Assembly: GCF_006345805.1 (NCBI RefSeq)
Contig: NC_043002.1
Span: forward strand, 99,944,001-100,008,000
From: Octopus sinensis
Taxonomy: Eukaryota
DNA: 64,000 nt
Direction: 5' to 3'
Shown: positions 1 to 13,524 of the stretch, piece by piece
How positions within the stretch are numbered: the stretch's first letter is position 1
Layout of the letters: the number at the start of each line of letters is the position of its first letter
Position numbers and translations under genes: made by a program
Notes under the pieces: model-generated
Database searches by the model: none
Seen by the model: the letters and a program-made list of their open reading frames with translations, nothing else
Told to the model about the DNA's origin: nothing

Positions 1-402
1 GCTACGAACTCATCTTACTTCTGCAAACACTTAACTAAATGTGGCAACGCCACCACAGCGATAAGCACTTCCAGACTGGCCTCAGCGAGGAACACAAGAA
101 ATCCTCGTATGAAGAAAGCTTTACTGATCCACTGTCTTAACCTGAAAATCAGCTGTCGATGGTAGTTGAGCCAGTGGCTTCTGTAAATATACTACCGAAC
201 ACTTCTTACATCACTGCGAGTGCGATCAACACCTTTGTCACTATGACGGACACTAACGCTCTTATTCGCCGCCACCACACACCCAGCCACCACTTTTACC
301 TATGACAAGATCATATAGCACCAACAGCATCACCAACTACTACAACGACATACACAACTGCCACTATCACCAACTACGCCGACTTAGACAACACCATCCC
401 CG

Positions 403-800
403 GTGGAGGCGCAATGGCCCAGCGGTTATAGCGGCGGACTTGCTGTGAGTGTTTATTTCTCTCACTCTTTCTTCCTACTTCTGCCACAAAGTAGATGAAT
501 CATGGTGTAACCCACTATGGTGTGGTAAACTTTCAGACCCTAGTCTAGATTGCGAATCTTCTGTACCCCTTGATGGTTCAGCTCTCCACCCGTTAAAAGT
601 AACCGTTTACGGAATGAGGATAACAACCCAGCTTTCGCGCCCGTGTAACTGCCAGTCTATAACGTGTGGTGGGTGGATCTTCAAGTTGCCGCTGGCTTTC
701 TTAGTAGCTTAGAGTAGGCTCCAATTAGAGATTATTCTTTGTGGTGGCTAATGGCGTGAGTCCTGATTGGAAGAAGAAGTAGAACAAGAACAAGAAGAAG
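403..800 (+). mobile_element. tRNA-headed SINE (family B, OR-like head) with a distinct 3' module and (AAG)n-like tail
   Basis: Head GTGGAGGCGCAATGGCCCAGCGGTTA matches copies at 22149, 51421 and 57202. 10-bp TSD ACCATCCCCG at 393-402 and 801-810. The 3' module recurs at ~44420-44725 on the minus strand. Confidence 0.85.
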
Positions 801-973
801 ACCATCCCCGACTGCCGCCACTACCACAGCATTCACCACCGCTGCTGCCAACCTACAGTCAGTCTTCACCATCCGCAATGTGACGCCTACAGCACCAACT
901 ACACCAGCGTTTGAGGAGCTGCCGCTACTAGCACAACCACCGAACGACCCAAAATAGCAGGATCTATGTAGAT

Positions 974-1345
974 CAGGGGTTCTCAAATAAATTTTATCAA
1001 CAGTCCTTTCTTACTATGATTTTATTCTGGTGGACCCCCTTAGCTACGGCCCTCTTTGACTATGATTTTGATCTGGTGGACTCGCATAGATGTTTAAAAA
1101 TTAATTTTATAGAATCTTCATTCAACATTTCTGTTTTGTATTTCACACATTAGCTTGTTGAGGTTGAACTATCTTAAATGTTAGAGAAAGAATCGTAGAT
1201 GCCTCTGGCAATACATATCAATGCATACATCTAAAACAAAAATGTTTAGAAACCCCTAAAATACTATTGTGGATCGTGGATCACCCCTTATCACAATCTC
1301 ATATGAGCCCTTGGGGGCAACAAGGACTCCTGTTGAGAATCACTG
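974..1345. mobile_element. Non-autonomous hAT-type DNA transposon (MITE)
   Basis: TIRs CAGGGGTTCTCAA ... TTGAGAATCACTG. 8-bp TSD ATGTAGAT (966-973) / ATGTAAAT (1346-1353), the length typical of hAT. Confidence 0.85.
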
Positions 1346-2008
1346 ATGTAAATACTCATTTCTTCTGAGGACAGACCTTTGCTCCCGAAATATAAAGGTT
1401 CTCCGAACTTGCTGCATTCGCAGAAACTTTCCTTCTTTCTAACTTCATTTATTGTTCTGCGAAAAGAAATTCTGATGATATATCAAACGCTGTGCATTCT
1501 GATAGTAAATCTCCTAGCGCTTGACTAAGTCAACGCCACTCTTTTCATATTATGGCTTTATTTATTACAAAAAAACTCGCCTAGTTAGTATAGCCACAGT
1601 ATAATTATATTTATTACATTATATGATGACATCTTAATATGTTTCAGCGACTTGTGAAATTGTTTTATAGTCCCTGCAACGAGAATGACGCAGCCATTGT
1701 CTCGAAAAATGGCGTGTTAGTTGGCAATGTTTTCCCCATTCAGATAGGGTATAGAATTAGTTCAGGCGCGCAAGATACTTTGAAAAGTAAGTTGTCAAAG
1801 TTTTGTGGATCTCAAATTGACAAATATGAGTATATTCACCTAAACGAATTTGCTTTTGTTGCTTAATACTACATTATATTTTGCAGCTTCGGTTTTGCGT
1901 GCTTTTGGAATACTTACTATTTTCACTTCTATCAAGACATTTTTATTTGCTTGGAATTCTGAAAAATATAAAAATTTCAGTGACTTTCTTTCTAAGTCAT
2001 TCATTCGT

Positions 2009-2010
<2 letters not shown>

Positions 2011-2072
<62 letters not shown>

Positions 2073-2095
2073 CTATATATACATACACGTACACA
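2011..2095. repeat. Compound (CA)n(TA)n microsatellite
   Basis: Directly visible. Confidence 0.95.
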
Positions 2096-5000
2096 CAAAT
2101 ACATTCTTTTTTTCTTGCACCACTTGATGATTAGCCTTTCGACTTTGTGTTAATGCCAGGTCGAATTTACAATATTTTACATAAGAACAGAAAAATATGA
2201 AATGCGACTAAATGAGCTGAATTTCTAATTCAAAATATTTTTTTGTGGTTCGTTATGAGAAAATTACGTTACGTATTTCGGAAACTACGTTATATTCCGA
2301 AAAGCTACGCTTGAACAAGATATTTTTTTTTATGTTCAAAATGCATATAAAGGGATAATTTCTTTATCTTATAAAAATTTCTGAAACAAAATTGCCAATT
2401 GCCATTTTTAACTTTCTAATGTATTGCATAAGGTGAGTAAACAGAATTTTGTTTTGTTTCCAAGCATCTTTAACCTTTGCATTGATCATTTGAAAAGCAG
2501 ATAAAATATAAACTCAAAATGCATTATTCAAAGTGATTTGAAAGACGTTGTGTCTTAATGGAGAGAGTGATACTGTTTGTTCTTATTTCTCGGAACAATT
2601 GTACATAAATTATCTGACAGGTAGAGAAAAAAAAGAAACTTATTGTGTGTGAAAATACATTGACCTATCTGAATATAAAAGGGAAGTAGTACTGTTTATA
2701 TAATTTCTTAAATTTCTCTCAAAATACTCAATATTTTCAACGTGTCTGAACACTTCTTAGTGTAGCTGAAATATGATTTACTTCAGTTATCAATTTAACT
2801 CACATTTACATATTAACCTTCAAACTTGTGGTATGACATTGAAGAAAAGGTTCCATTCCTTTTCAAGGTCCCCATAATTCGAAAATTAATCAACCTAGTT
2901 TTCATATGTGGCATTCTCTTTCAATTCACGTTTGCCCCAATGTATTTGTCTGTACAAGCTTCATTATAAAATATATAGAGCTACTGGGTACTATGCGTCA
3001 TACCATCTTGAGCGGATTTTATAAATTTATGCATTTTCGAAAGAAATCAACATCAACATATTGCCTTTTATTTGATATGGTTGTAAAACAAGGCGTTGGT
3101 AGATGAGAGGACGTGATCAGCCAGCTTGAAAATGTTCCATACTTCTTCGGCCATTTTATTCATCATTGTCACAACACTACACACTATGGGAAATGAGCGA
3201 AGTAAATTTTATCAGTCCTAACACATAACTGGCCCTCATATTATGGAACCTCGAGGTAAAGAAAAGAGAAATCTGTTGGATTTAACCACAGAATATGGAG
3301 CGACGTAACAAAATGCCAACTGGCATTTTATGTCATTCATCACTCTCGTATCTTTTAGTGATGTTAATTCTAGGAAACGTGAAAAAGGTAGGAGGACCAC
3401 GTAGTATGTACATACATAGATGTGTGTGGGAGGTTCAAAGAGGGAGTTGTATAGATAAATAAATTCCCGATATATATACGTGTGTGCGTGTGTGTGCGTA
3501 TTCATGTGGATTTACCACAGGAATTTATCTTTTGTTTTAGATACATTAATTTAATAACCTTTCTCTAAATTAGTTTAGGGTATTACCATCTGTAAAATAT
3601 GTAATTTCTTGCAGTTTATATCTATATCTGTTCGCACTGCTATTAATATTCAATCCAGTGTTACCGGGTAGTAATAACATTAACTCATTCTGAAATAATC
3701 CACATCTTCTTGACATGTTCTAGTATTATTTTTATGGTTCCTTAAAAATCTACATCTATTATTTTTAAAAGAGTATGATTTCAACGCGAAAATGGCAACT
3801 ACGTGCGCCAGATATTTCTGTCTTTGCATGACGTACTCCTCTGCAACTTAAAGGTTTTATTGATGTGAAATAATTACCAAGGATTTTACGCGAAATATTC
3901 GTCGTGGACCGTATATAATTCTCAAAGGCGTTACTAACATGAATGGTATTAACAACAAAATTCGAACGCCGTGTTCGTATGATGATATAATTCAATATAG
4001 TACTGAGTGCGCCAACGGAGGGAGAAACCGCCCACAATTTTAACTCCAATTAGATGAGATGATGATATTTTGTATACAGCTTCAACTGCTGCAATCCTTA
4101 GTTTGTGACAGGCGAGTTGCCTATATTAGTGACGGGTATAGTTATATTACACTGGAGTGCGAGACTTTTCTGTGAATAGACTAAAATAAAAGAATTGGTT
4201 TCTGGTTTTCTCAGGTCAAATTTAAATGAATGATTGTATAAACTGCATCTCCTGCATCAATGACATAAAATGGCAGCATTTTAAAGTGTTCTAAAAACAT
4301 TTGTATTGTGATTAAATTATTTTGAATGAATTGTAGATTTTCTAGTATTTAAGATAAATCGGAAAATAATCGGTAAATACACTAATATGCAGCAATGTGG
4401 ATTATAATTTTGAATAATACTGTAATAAAAGATAGAATATTTAACCCATAAATAACATTTACACTGACAGTTCTTAAAGTGAAAATTCTATTTTTAATCT
4501 TAATTCTTATATTTTTAGACTTACGTTTTTATTAAGCTATTTTATATTGAACAAAGATTTCTCAACACGGATTTCTATTATTACTCGTTCAGCTCTGATA
4601 TCAAAGAACTGATATTAATATTCAGTAAATTCATTTTTCAGCCACGTTGATATTTTTTGTAGATGTAAAAATATTTACACCATGCTTCGGTAAAAGTCAC
4701 AGGAGAACGGGAATCAAGCATGCTATAAGTACTCCTGAAAATTCTTTGCTTCGTTTGAGATCTAGTGAAGCAGTCTCACCAAATATTCATTATTACGTAT
4801 TCAGAGCTGAAAACGTTTCTTGTTTTCTACACAGGAATTGTTTAATTTTATAGAAATCCGAGCGATTTGGAGTTTATAAACAATAGGTTCAACAACCTCG
4901 GTCTATACTCCATATCATAATGATACTGTTAAGAAGTCCGCTTCGTAAACACGAGGCTACTGGTTCAGTTCCACTGCACGGTAACTTGGGCCTTGGCTGC

Positions 5001-5614
5001 CTAAGACTTTGTGATGTAATTTGGTAAAAATAATCCGTGCGGAAACTTTAGTGTGTGCGCACGTGCGCATGTCTGTGATTGACTTCCAACACATTTTACA
5101 CCTTGTCAAACTCATGGATTGAAACATAGGCATCTACTGAACAAAAAATAAAGAAAAGAAACAAGAAAGAATTGGGTCCTGTGTTATACTGGAAGAAACT
5201 CGTCCAACGTGCTGCAAAGTGAGACTGAACTCGAGAGCAAAAATGTTTGGGAAAACAGCTTCTAACGACACAGCCTTAGCTTGAGATCATGCAAAACCTG
5301 AAGTAAATTAAGATAATTCTGTTTATCAGTTTTGTTAAAGCATCTAAGCAACTGTAATACCGATACACGCTATTTTTCGAGATATCACTTAGTGAAGTGT
5401 TTAACCTGAGGCTGTTGACAATGGATATTTGCAAATAGGATTATTAAACAACTGTATGCTAGTCTTTGGGCTTTAGTAGATAATGTAGTGACTATTGATG
5501 AGGATGGTTTTCTTGTTACTGGTATCGTTACAGTATTGATTGCTAAAGTTAAAATTACACAGAAGTTCAACCTGAAACTAAATCATTCTATAAATTAGCG
5601 AGACAGAGGTAGTT

Positions 5615-5645
<31 letters not shown>

Positions 5646-5701
5646 ATATGTATGTATGTATATATAAAAATATATATATATAAATATATGTGTGTGTGTG
5701 A

Positions 5702-5752
<51 letters not shown>

Positions 5753-5778
5753 TAAATATATGTGTGTGTGTGAGTACA

Positions 5779-5821
<43 letters not shown>

Positions 5822-5857
5822 GTGTGTGTATATATATATATATATGTGTGTGTGTGA

Positions 5858-5893
<36 letters not shown>

Positions 5894-5918
5894 ATATATA
5901 TATATATATATGTGTGTG

Positions 5919-5950
<32 letters not shown>

Positions 5951-6122
5951 AGTACATATATATATATACATATATATATTATATACATATATATATACAT
6001 ATATATATACATATATATATATACACACATATATATATATATATACAATATATATATACATATATATATAATACATATATATATACATATATATAATACA
6101 TATATATATACATATATATATA

Positions 6123-6157
<35 letters not shown>

Positions 6158-6176
6158 CATATATATATATATATTA

Positions 6177-6226
<50 letters not shown>

Positions 6227-6314
6227 CACATATATATATACATATATATATACATATATATATATATACATATATATATATACATATATATATTATATAC
6301 ATATATATATACAC

Positions 6315-6361
<47 letters not shown>

Positions 6362-6498
6362 CATATATATATACATATATATATATACATATATAATATA
6401 TACATATATATATCTATATATATATACATATATACATACATATATATATACATATATATATATATATACAATATATACATATATACATATATATATAC

Positions 6499-6529
<31 letters not shown>

Positions 6530-6595
6530 CATACCTATATATATACATACATATATATACATACAATATATACATATATATATATACATATATAC

Positions 6596-6630
<35 letters not shown>

Positions 6631-6905
6631 CATATATATATACATATATATATATACTATATATATATATATATACATATATATATACATATATATATAT
6701 TACATATATATATATATACATATATATATACATATATACATATATAATATATACATATATATATATATACATATATATATACATATATATATACATATAT
6801 ATATACATATATACATATATATATACATATATACATATATATATACATATTATATACATATATATATCATATATATATACATATACATATATATATATAT
6901 ATATA
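5615..6905. repeat. ~1.3 kb compound (TA)n/(TG)n/(CA)n satellite
   Basis: Directly visible. Includes about four units of (GT)nGAGTACA(TA)n at ~5690-5965. Confidence 0.97.
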
Positions 6906-8210
6906 TCGTTATTGTATTTCAAATATTTGCTGTAAGGTAATATGAAAGCCCAGCCAGATCAAAACAACTTACATTATTTGCATCGCTTTTTCCGTTTGTT
7001 CTCTCTTACACAGTTTCGAATCTACATACCCATACACATGTATTTCTCTCTCTCTCTCTCACTCTCTGTGCATGTGCGTGTTTGTGTGTGTATGTGTGTG
7101 TGTATGTGTAAGCAATGAAGCTGAACAACATCAAGAATACTATTCTGTCCATCGCATAATATTAGTTGCGTACGTGTCCAATCTTTCTAGAGATAAATTT
7201 CTAACCAAATCACAAACAATATCGAAATACTGATGCCAAGCCATTTAGCCAGTCTCCCAATTATCGATTCTTAAAGGTAATATCGATCCTTCAATATACG
7301 GAAACCAGTTACATAAATATCGGTATGTTCGTTCATACATTCCGATTTTGACAACCGCACCCATCCTACCTTCGTTAGCGATCTTCGTTAAAGAAGCGTA
7401 TCACTCCTGTCATTGTAGTTGCCTTTTGTTTGTTTGTTTCTGATTGAATTCTATAGTTTTATTTATAGGCTACTCTAATGAAACATAAATCCTTGCTTTT
7501 TTTTACTCTCTTCTAATAAGGAACTGTCAGTCCCATTGCTTGGAGACGTTTCTTTTTACCATACAGTTTGGATGGTTAGTTAACGCTAGTTGTTTTCCAT
7601 TTGCCATTTATATATTTCATTTAAGTATTTTTAGAGACCTGATATTAAGATATACTGTTCACATTTTGTCTTTGTATATCTACTATGGTTTCTATTTATG
7701 ATATTTTAGAAACTCTATATATGAAATAAAACACTTGTACTTTGTTTCTAATAAGTAATTTATTCTGTAGTTGTTTGTCTTCCACGTGAAGGTAAGTTTA
7801 AACGTTTGAAACGCATTGGGTATTTTTATCAGAATTGTACTTGGTTACACCACACACGCGCATACAGACACACATACATACATACATACACACATACACA
7901 GTTTCACGCACACACACATCATCTATGTTTTTTCGGCCCCACTGATACAGTGCTAGTGATAAATCTAAATCGACTGCCAAAAACCGTTTTCGGAACTGTG
8001 CAGCACTACATTCCAGCTCTTAAACCTACAAGAATGTTGAGCGTCTTTACGTATTCCTAATCTGATCTCTTGAGGATGATTCAGTGAAAAAAAGTTCGTT
8101 TTTTTTTTTCACTGGTAAATTCATTTTCTATTTGTTTCATATAAATTATATTACATAAACTCTGTTGAAATTCTAACATTTCAAAGATATTTATATTTGA
8201 AAATATCTAT

Positions 8211-8740
8211 TTTACTCTTTTGCACGTTTCAGTCATTTGACTGTGGCCATGCTGGAGCACCACATTTAGTCGAAGAAATCAACCCCAGGACTTATTCATT
8301 GTAAGCCTAGTACTTACTCTATCGTTCTCTTTTTGCCGAACCGCTAAGTTTCGGGGACGTAAAAACACCAACATCGAATATCAGGTGATGGGGGAGGGGA
8401 GGATAAACACAGACAGAAAGACACATACGTACAATAAATAAGTTAATTGCATTGCAATTAAAAACAATTATGTATTAAGAATTTGGGTACTTTACCAATA
8501 GTATATTGGATAAATACTATCCCTTAGTGGGTTGCACACATAGCCCCTAACTTACTTTGTATATATATATATATATATACACCACGGGCTTCTTTCAGTT
8601 TTCGGCTTCCAAATCCACTCTCAAGGCTTCGATCGGCCCGAGGCTATAGTAGAAGTCACTAGCCCAAGTTGCCCCGCAGTGGGACTGAACCCGGAATTAT
8701 GTGGTTGGAAAGCAAGCTTCTTACCATACAGCCACGCCTT
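8211..8740 (-). mobile_element. SINE family A (OK-like; tRNA-derived head, internal (TA)n)
   Basis: Reverse complement reads GGCGTGGCTGTATGGTAAGAAGCTTGCTTTCCAACCACAT...GGGTTCAGTCCCACTGCG, and the tail ...CAGTCAAATGACTGAAAC matches the copy at 49648-50080. Confidence 0.9.
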
Positions 8741-10544
8741 CGCCTATATGTCTCTAATGTTTTAAGTATTTGCTTAATGCGAGAAAACAAAATGAAGACA
8801 ACTTCGAATCAACAAGGGACACAATCAAATTCTGGTCTCATGGAAAGAACAAATTTTTCATCACCGTGACGCGTTAAAAACGGAATGTCACTTGGGATAG
8901 TGCTAATCCTGAGTACACCACGCATGTAACGAAAATTGAATGATCAGGACTGAAATGTTTGCTATCGCATAGCCGATATGAAACTGAATCACGACAGGGC
9001 TGCAAAATGATATATTAAAGAGATTTCTCCGTCTTTGTTACTACCACATAAACAACATCAGCAAAGATGCTGCAAATAAATCTAAATAGTATGATATATA
9101 TGAAATGCTTTAGCTACAATATCTTACCTCTAAGTTTACAATCATTTCTGATATAGGATGGCATGTGTGATAATTTCCAAAATTTTATTTAAAACAATAT
9201 GCAGTCGGAATTAAATCAGAACTTTGGTAAGGGAACAAAACGGAAAGAGTTTCTCCTGTATTAGAACTCATCAATTAATATTAGTTTCCTAAAAATCAAA
9301 CGTATATAACCGCAAATTTACATAATTTTAATAGTTGTATAATAATCAATTCTTAAATTTACACATTAATATATAATATATAGATTACGGGAAAGGAATT
9401 ATGAAAAGAAATTTCTGAAAACGAAGATTCGTACATGATGTTCAATATATAGAATAGTTTAATAAATCACAGAATTTTCAGAAATACGTATCTGTTCGAG
9501 ACGATTGTGAAGCGCAAGACGCAGTTTTAAGTAGATCTACAGAGTATTGCAGATATATAAATGATATTATAGATATTTATAATTCAATTTTGTGATAATT
9601 ATGTCGATGTCAAATATTAGATAGAAGTAAACTGGAAAATCAAATTATAAATCACTTCGTTATGTTAGCATCTGAACAAACTTCGTTTGAGAAAGGATTA
9701 AATGAACTTTGAAAATCTGGCTATAATTAATGCTTTTCATTTTCGTTCAAAGACGCAATTAAATGCAACCATAAGAATGGCAAATAAAGTCAACCCTTGA
9801 AATGTTATTAATCTGTAAATCTGTCATTACGCACAAGTTATTATTTAGCCCTGAGATAACAATGACCAATCAAAACATTAATCAAAGGCATTCCGAATTT
9901 GTTTATCCAGTTTGTATTCGAACGATATTTCTAAGACAGTTTTCCCGACATGAAGAATAATAAAAAAAAAATGGGATGTAAGATTTGACTCACCAACAAA
10001 TATAGTCTATTGTTGTGATGTAGTAAATGAACTAATTAATTTGCCAGCTTATATAAAATGCGATAAATCAAGAATGTCTTAGAAAGTTACACAGCCGTAT
10101 GAAAGACACTCAATTCGTTCGAATATCACTATGATAGATAATGAATCTATCAAGAAAAACTTCATGAAGATGCTTTTTAATTCCCGGAAAGGTCTTTTTT
10201 ATGAACAGCTCAAAAATCATTTGCAACAGTCAGCTCATGGAGTATGGGTGTTTCTCCCCGAGTTCTCTAGGTATTGATTTCGTCATTATAAACTCCTATC
10301 ATTTCTCATATCACAGAAACTTCGAGTGGTCTCCCACCTCTCGATAACAGTGGAACCACTCGCTCGGGTATTCAATGGTTTATACCGGTCCTACAGCATT
10401 CGCCTCCTTCTTGCAGTTTTGGCTTAATGTAATCACGGACAGCAGCTTATAGTATATAGCGTACACTATTTCTGTTGATAATTCAAATTTCTGTTACTGG
10501 TAGAGCTTTGTACGCACAGCAGTTCTTCATTGGCATCGACCCCC

Positions 10545-10925
10545 AGTACTCAATTGGTACTTATTACATCGAGCCCTGAAAGGATGAAAGGCAAAGTTGA
10601 GCTCAGCGGAATTTGAACTCAGAACGTCTTTATAACGGACGAAATGCCGTTAAGCATTTTGCCCGGCGTGCAAACAATTTTGCCAGGTTACCGCCTTACA
10701 CCCGATTAATAATCCTTTCTACTACACGGGGTCTGAAAATGTGGGGGAGGGGTTGGCTAGTCGATTACATCGATCCCAGGCTTCAACAGGTACTATTCTA
10801 TCGACCACGAAAGGATAAAAGGCAAAGTCGACCTCGGCGGAATTTGAACTCAGAATGTAAAGACGGACGAAATGCCGCTAAGCCTTTTACCCAGCGTGCT
10901 AACGATTCCACCAGCTCGCCGCCTA
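10545..10925 (-). mobile_element. Two adjacent copies of SINE family C (CORE-like, OR-type)
   Basis: Motifs GAAAGGATGAAAGGCAAAGTCGACCTCGGCGGAATTTGAACTCAGAACGT and CCAGCTCGCCGCC, shared with 59950-60548 and 62824-63052. Confidence 0.85.
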
Positions 10926-11159
10926 ACACCATGTTCATGATGACAAATATATTTTACTAAAGTCTTCAGCAATTTAAACGTTAGAAATAAAGGCAATGCG
11001 TTTGAACAGAAATATGGTAACAAAGCGGTTACTGCTATACCGGACCGCTTAGGGCTGGGTTACATAAAGAAAGAACAAGCCCTAGATAAGGAGGAAAAAA
11101 ACTGATGAGAAAACAAAAATCAAGTGCCCTAATGGTAGAATTGTTATGGGAAAGAAGTA

Positions 11160-11517
11160 ATCTTTTACTTGTTTCAGTCATTTGACTGCGGCCATGCTGG
11201 AGCACCGCCTTTTGTCGAGCAAATCAACCCCAGGACTTATTCTTTGTAAGCCTAGTACTTATTCTATCTGTCTCTTTTGCCGAACCGTTAAGTTACGGGG
11301 ACGTAAACACACCAGCATCGGTTGTCAAGCGATGTTGGGGGGACAAACACACACATACATATATATATACATATATACGACGGGCTTCTTTCAGTTTCCG
11401 TCTACCAAATCTACCCACAAGGCTTTGGTCGGCCCGACGCTATAGTAGAAGACACTCTCCCAAAGTGCCACGCAGTGGGACTGAACCAGAACCATGTGGT
11501 TGGTAAGCAAGCTACTT
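11160..11517 (-). mobile_element. SINE family A, body and 3' part; its head is split by the 2 kb insertion, with the remainder at 13525-13555
   Basis: Matches family A up to ...CCATGTGGTTGGTAAGCAAGCTACTT. The expected continuation ACCACACAGCCAC resumes at 13542. Confidence 0.92.
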
Positions 11518-13524
11518 TATTTCAATAATTTGCCACTAGGGCATCACACAGAGGTAGCAGTAGCTCCGGGCTGGACACAGACATTAAAGGATGATGGTGG
11601 TGGTGGATGAAGATGGTGATGGGAGAAGTCAGAAAGCGCCCGTCGACTTTTGCTTCTCTAAAACAATGTTCATTTTTCAGTAATTTTACAGAGTTCAAAG
11701 ATTTCAAAAAATTCAAAAAATTTCGAAAAATTACAAAATGTTCACATTACATATTTTAGAGGAGGCAATGAACCTCCTCTTCCATATGTTACAAGTATGT
11801 TACATCGCCTAAGTGACCCGGCCGACCATTGCTCTTGCCTCATTGAGGCAATACTCGCTGGTCAGGCCGGAGTCCAGTGGTATGGTCTGGAAAGAGTCCA
11901 CCGGGTAGGAACTCACGATCCCGTGTAGATCAACCCTTCCCACGACCCCCGCAGCTAACTGCGAAGGCCACTCGGGGTTTTCCACACAAGACCGGATTAC
12001 CTCCCAATGTCCTCTCTTTCTCACTTTTCTGACGGCGTCTTCCACCTTTTTTCCCTCGAAAAAGAGGAGCACAAAATCTTCTACAAATAGTCCCTCAGGC
12101 GGCACACCCGCCTGAGAGGACCGGAGATACTCGGGAACCGCCGTCTGCGTGTAGCAATCCGCCGGCGGGGCTCCGTTTCTCTTTTCTTTTCTTTTCTTCT
12201 GGCCCTGGGCCACGGGAGGCTGAGGTCCGGAGCTGTGCGCACCGGGTTCTCCTCTCCCGGAGCTTTCGGGTCCTTTGGTGGGTCGCCATTGCTCCCCACC
12301 TTTCTCTTTCTTTTGGAGGAGGATTTGTCCCCCTCCTCACTTTGTTTCTCTCCCTCCACTGGTGGGGCAGGGAGAGGCTCTGATATCAGCCGCTCCAGGA
12401 TCCTACTCTGGTCCCTGGGGCAGCTCTTCTTGATGTGACCGGTCTTCGAACACCGGTGACACTTGGGGGCGCGTCCCTCAAGCATCACCGGATACTTGGA
12501 TCCGGCCATCTTCAAGAAGTCTGGCAAAACCCTTCCCAGTTAGCCGCAGGCTGCATTTTGACGTTGAGGATCTTTGCGTCCCTGTCACCCAGACCCCGGC
12601 GGATAGAGTCTTCTAGCCACTCGGGCTCAAAGCCGGGCGGCAGGCCACAGACCCATAAACGTAACAATTTCCCCCCTTGTAACTGGGGAGAAACAGAATC
12701 TCATCGCCCTCAATGGGCTGGCTTGCAAATTTGCAAGCTGCTTTAGCGGAGTCAAATAGCAACCATACCGTTGCGTATTTGACTCCCCGTTGAATATGTT
12801 TAACGGCTGGCATATAGTCTGCCAGCTCGTTCACAATGGTGTCTCTCGGAAAAACCATTATGGTGTCGAGTGACTTTGAATATGTCCTCAGCACCACGGT
12901 CTTTTCCTCGAGTTCGTGCAAATATTTTTTGGGAGGTGTTAATTCCCACACAGTGAAATTCTTTGCCTTTGCCATAACGTAAGAAAAATACAGTTCAAAA
13001 TGATAAACTAAAATTAGACACAGAAAGGAGGAAAAAAATGCAACAGAAGAGAAGAAATAAATTAAAAATGGCAGTTCAAAAAAGTTTTTACAAATAAATA
13101 ATAGACAGAGAAAGAGAGTTCAATTCAGACAAAGGAATTCAGTTCTTTTTTTTTTTTTTCACTTCTTCGGCCAAAAATTGTAATCCAGGCCAAATGCACT
13201 GTTGGTAAAACCCTTGGTAAATAATCCTTGGTAATCCGTGGACAACACAACGACAATTTCAACAATAATTTTTTCAGACGGACTATGTCGCTTCAAAAAT
13301 ACAATTTCTTTTCACTCGACACAGGCAGAAAAATTATATCTGGAGCAAAGTGGAGCCTTATTATTTGCTAAAAAATATTAAATGCTAAAAAACATTCATG
13401 CAAGCAATAAAACTTCACTAAACTCGGAAAAACATAAAACGCCTACCCGTAGTCGATTCAAAAGTTCAACAATTCACGTTGAAACAACGCGACATTTGCC
13501 GGAGCAAAAAACAACACGTCTGTC
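11518..13524 (-). mobile_element. 2007-bp ORF1(Gag)-only non-LTR-type element, copy 1
   Basis: Perfect 17-bp TSD TGGTAAGCAAGCTACTT at 11501-11517 and 13525-13541. ~550-bp T-rich 5' UTR, one frameshifted ORF, ~290-bp 3' UTR, AATAAA at the 3' junction, and no EN or RT. Confidence 0.9.
11809..12975 (-). pseudogene. Frameshifted Tx1/L1-type ORF1p/Gag-like protein: RRM-like regions, CCHC knuckle, KRKRK motif, C-terminal domain
   Basis: MAKAKNFTVWELTPPKK...YATVWLLFDSAKAACKFA...LFLPSYKG, then a shift to KLLRLWVCGLPPGFEPEWLEDSIRRGLG, a shift to PDFLKMAGSKYPVMLEGRAPKCHRCSKTGHIKKSCP (CX2CX4HX4C)...SSKRKRK, and a shift to EDFVLLFFEGKKV...CVENPEWPSQLAAGVV...VT*. The RRM call is inferred from the sequence pattern. 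Confidence 0.82.

Noticed and set aside
240-986. Thr/Ala/Val-rich ORF-like sequence that could be a mucin-like exon
   Set aside because: Decayed (ACC/ACT)n low-complexity sequence interrupted by a SINE, with no sustained frame.
5588-6940. Long ORFs of 100-350 aa rich in Y, I, M and H
   Set aside because: Translations of the (TA)n/(CA)n satellite, which has no stop codons. The same applies to ORFs at 1850-2153, 23976-24540, 29622-29937, 32611-33122 and 61204-62258.
11518-13524. LTR retrotransposon or solo gag interpretation of the Gag-only elements
   Set aside because: No LTRs, TG..CA ends or PBS are visible, and the 17-bp TSD and 3' AATAAA fit TPRT rather than integrase (4-6-bp TSD).
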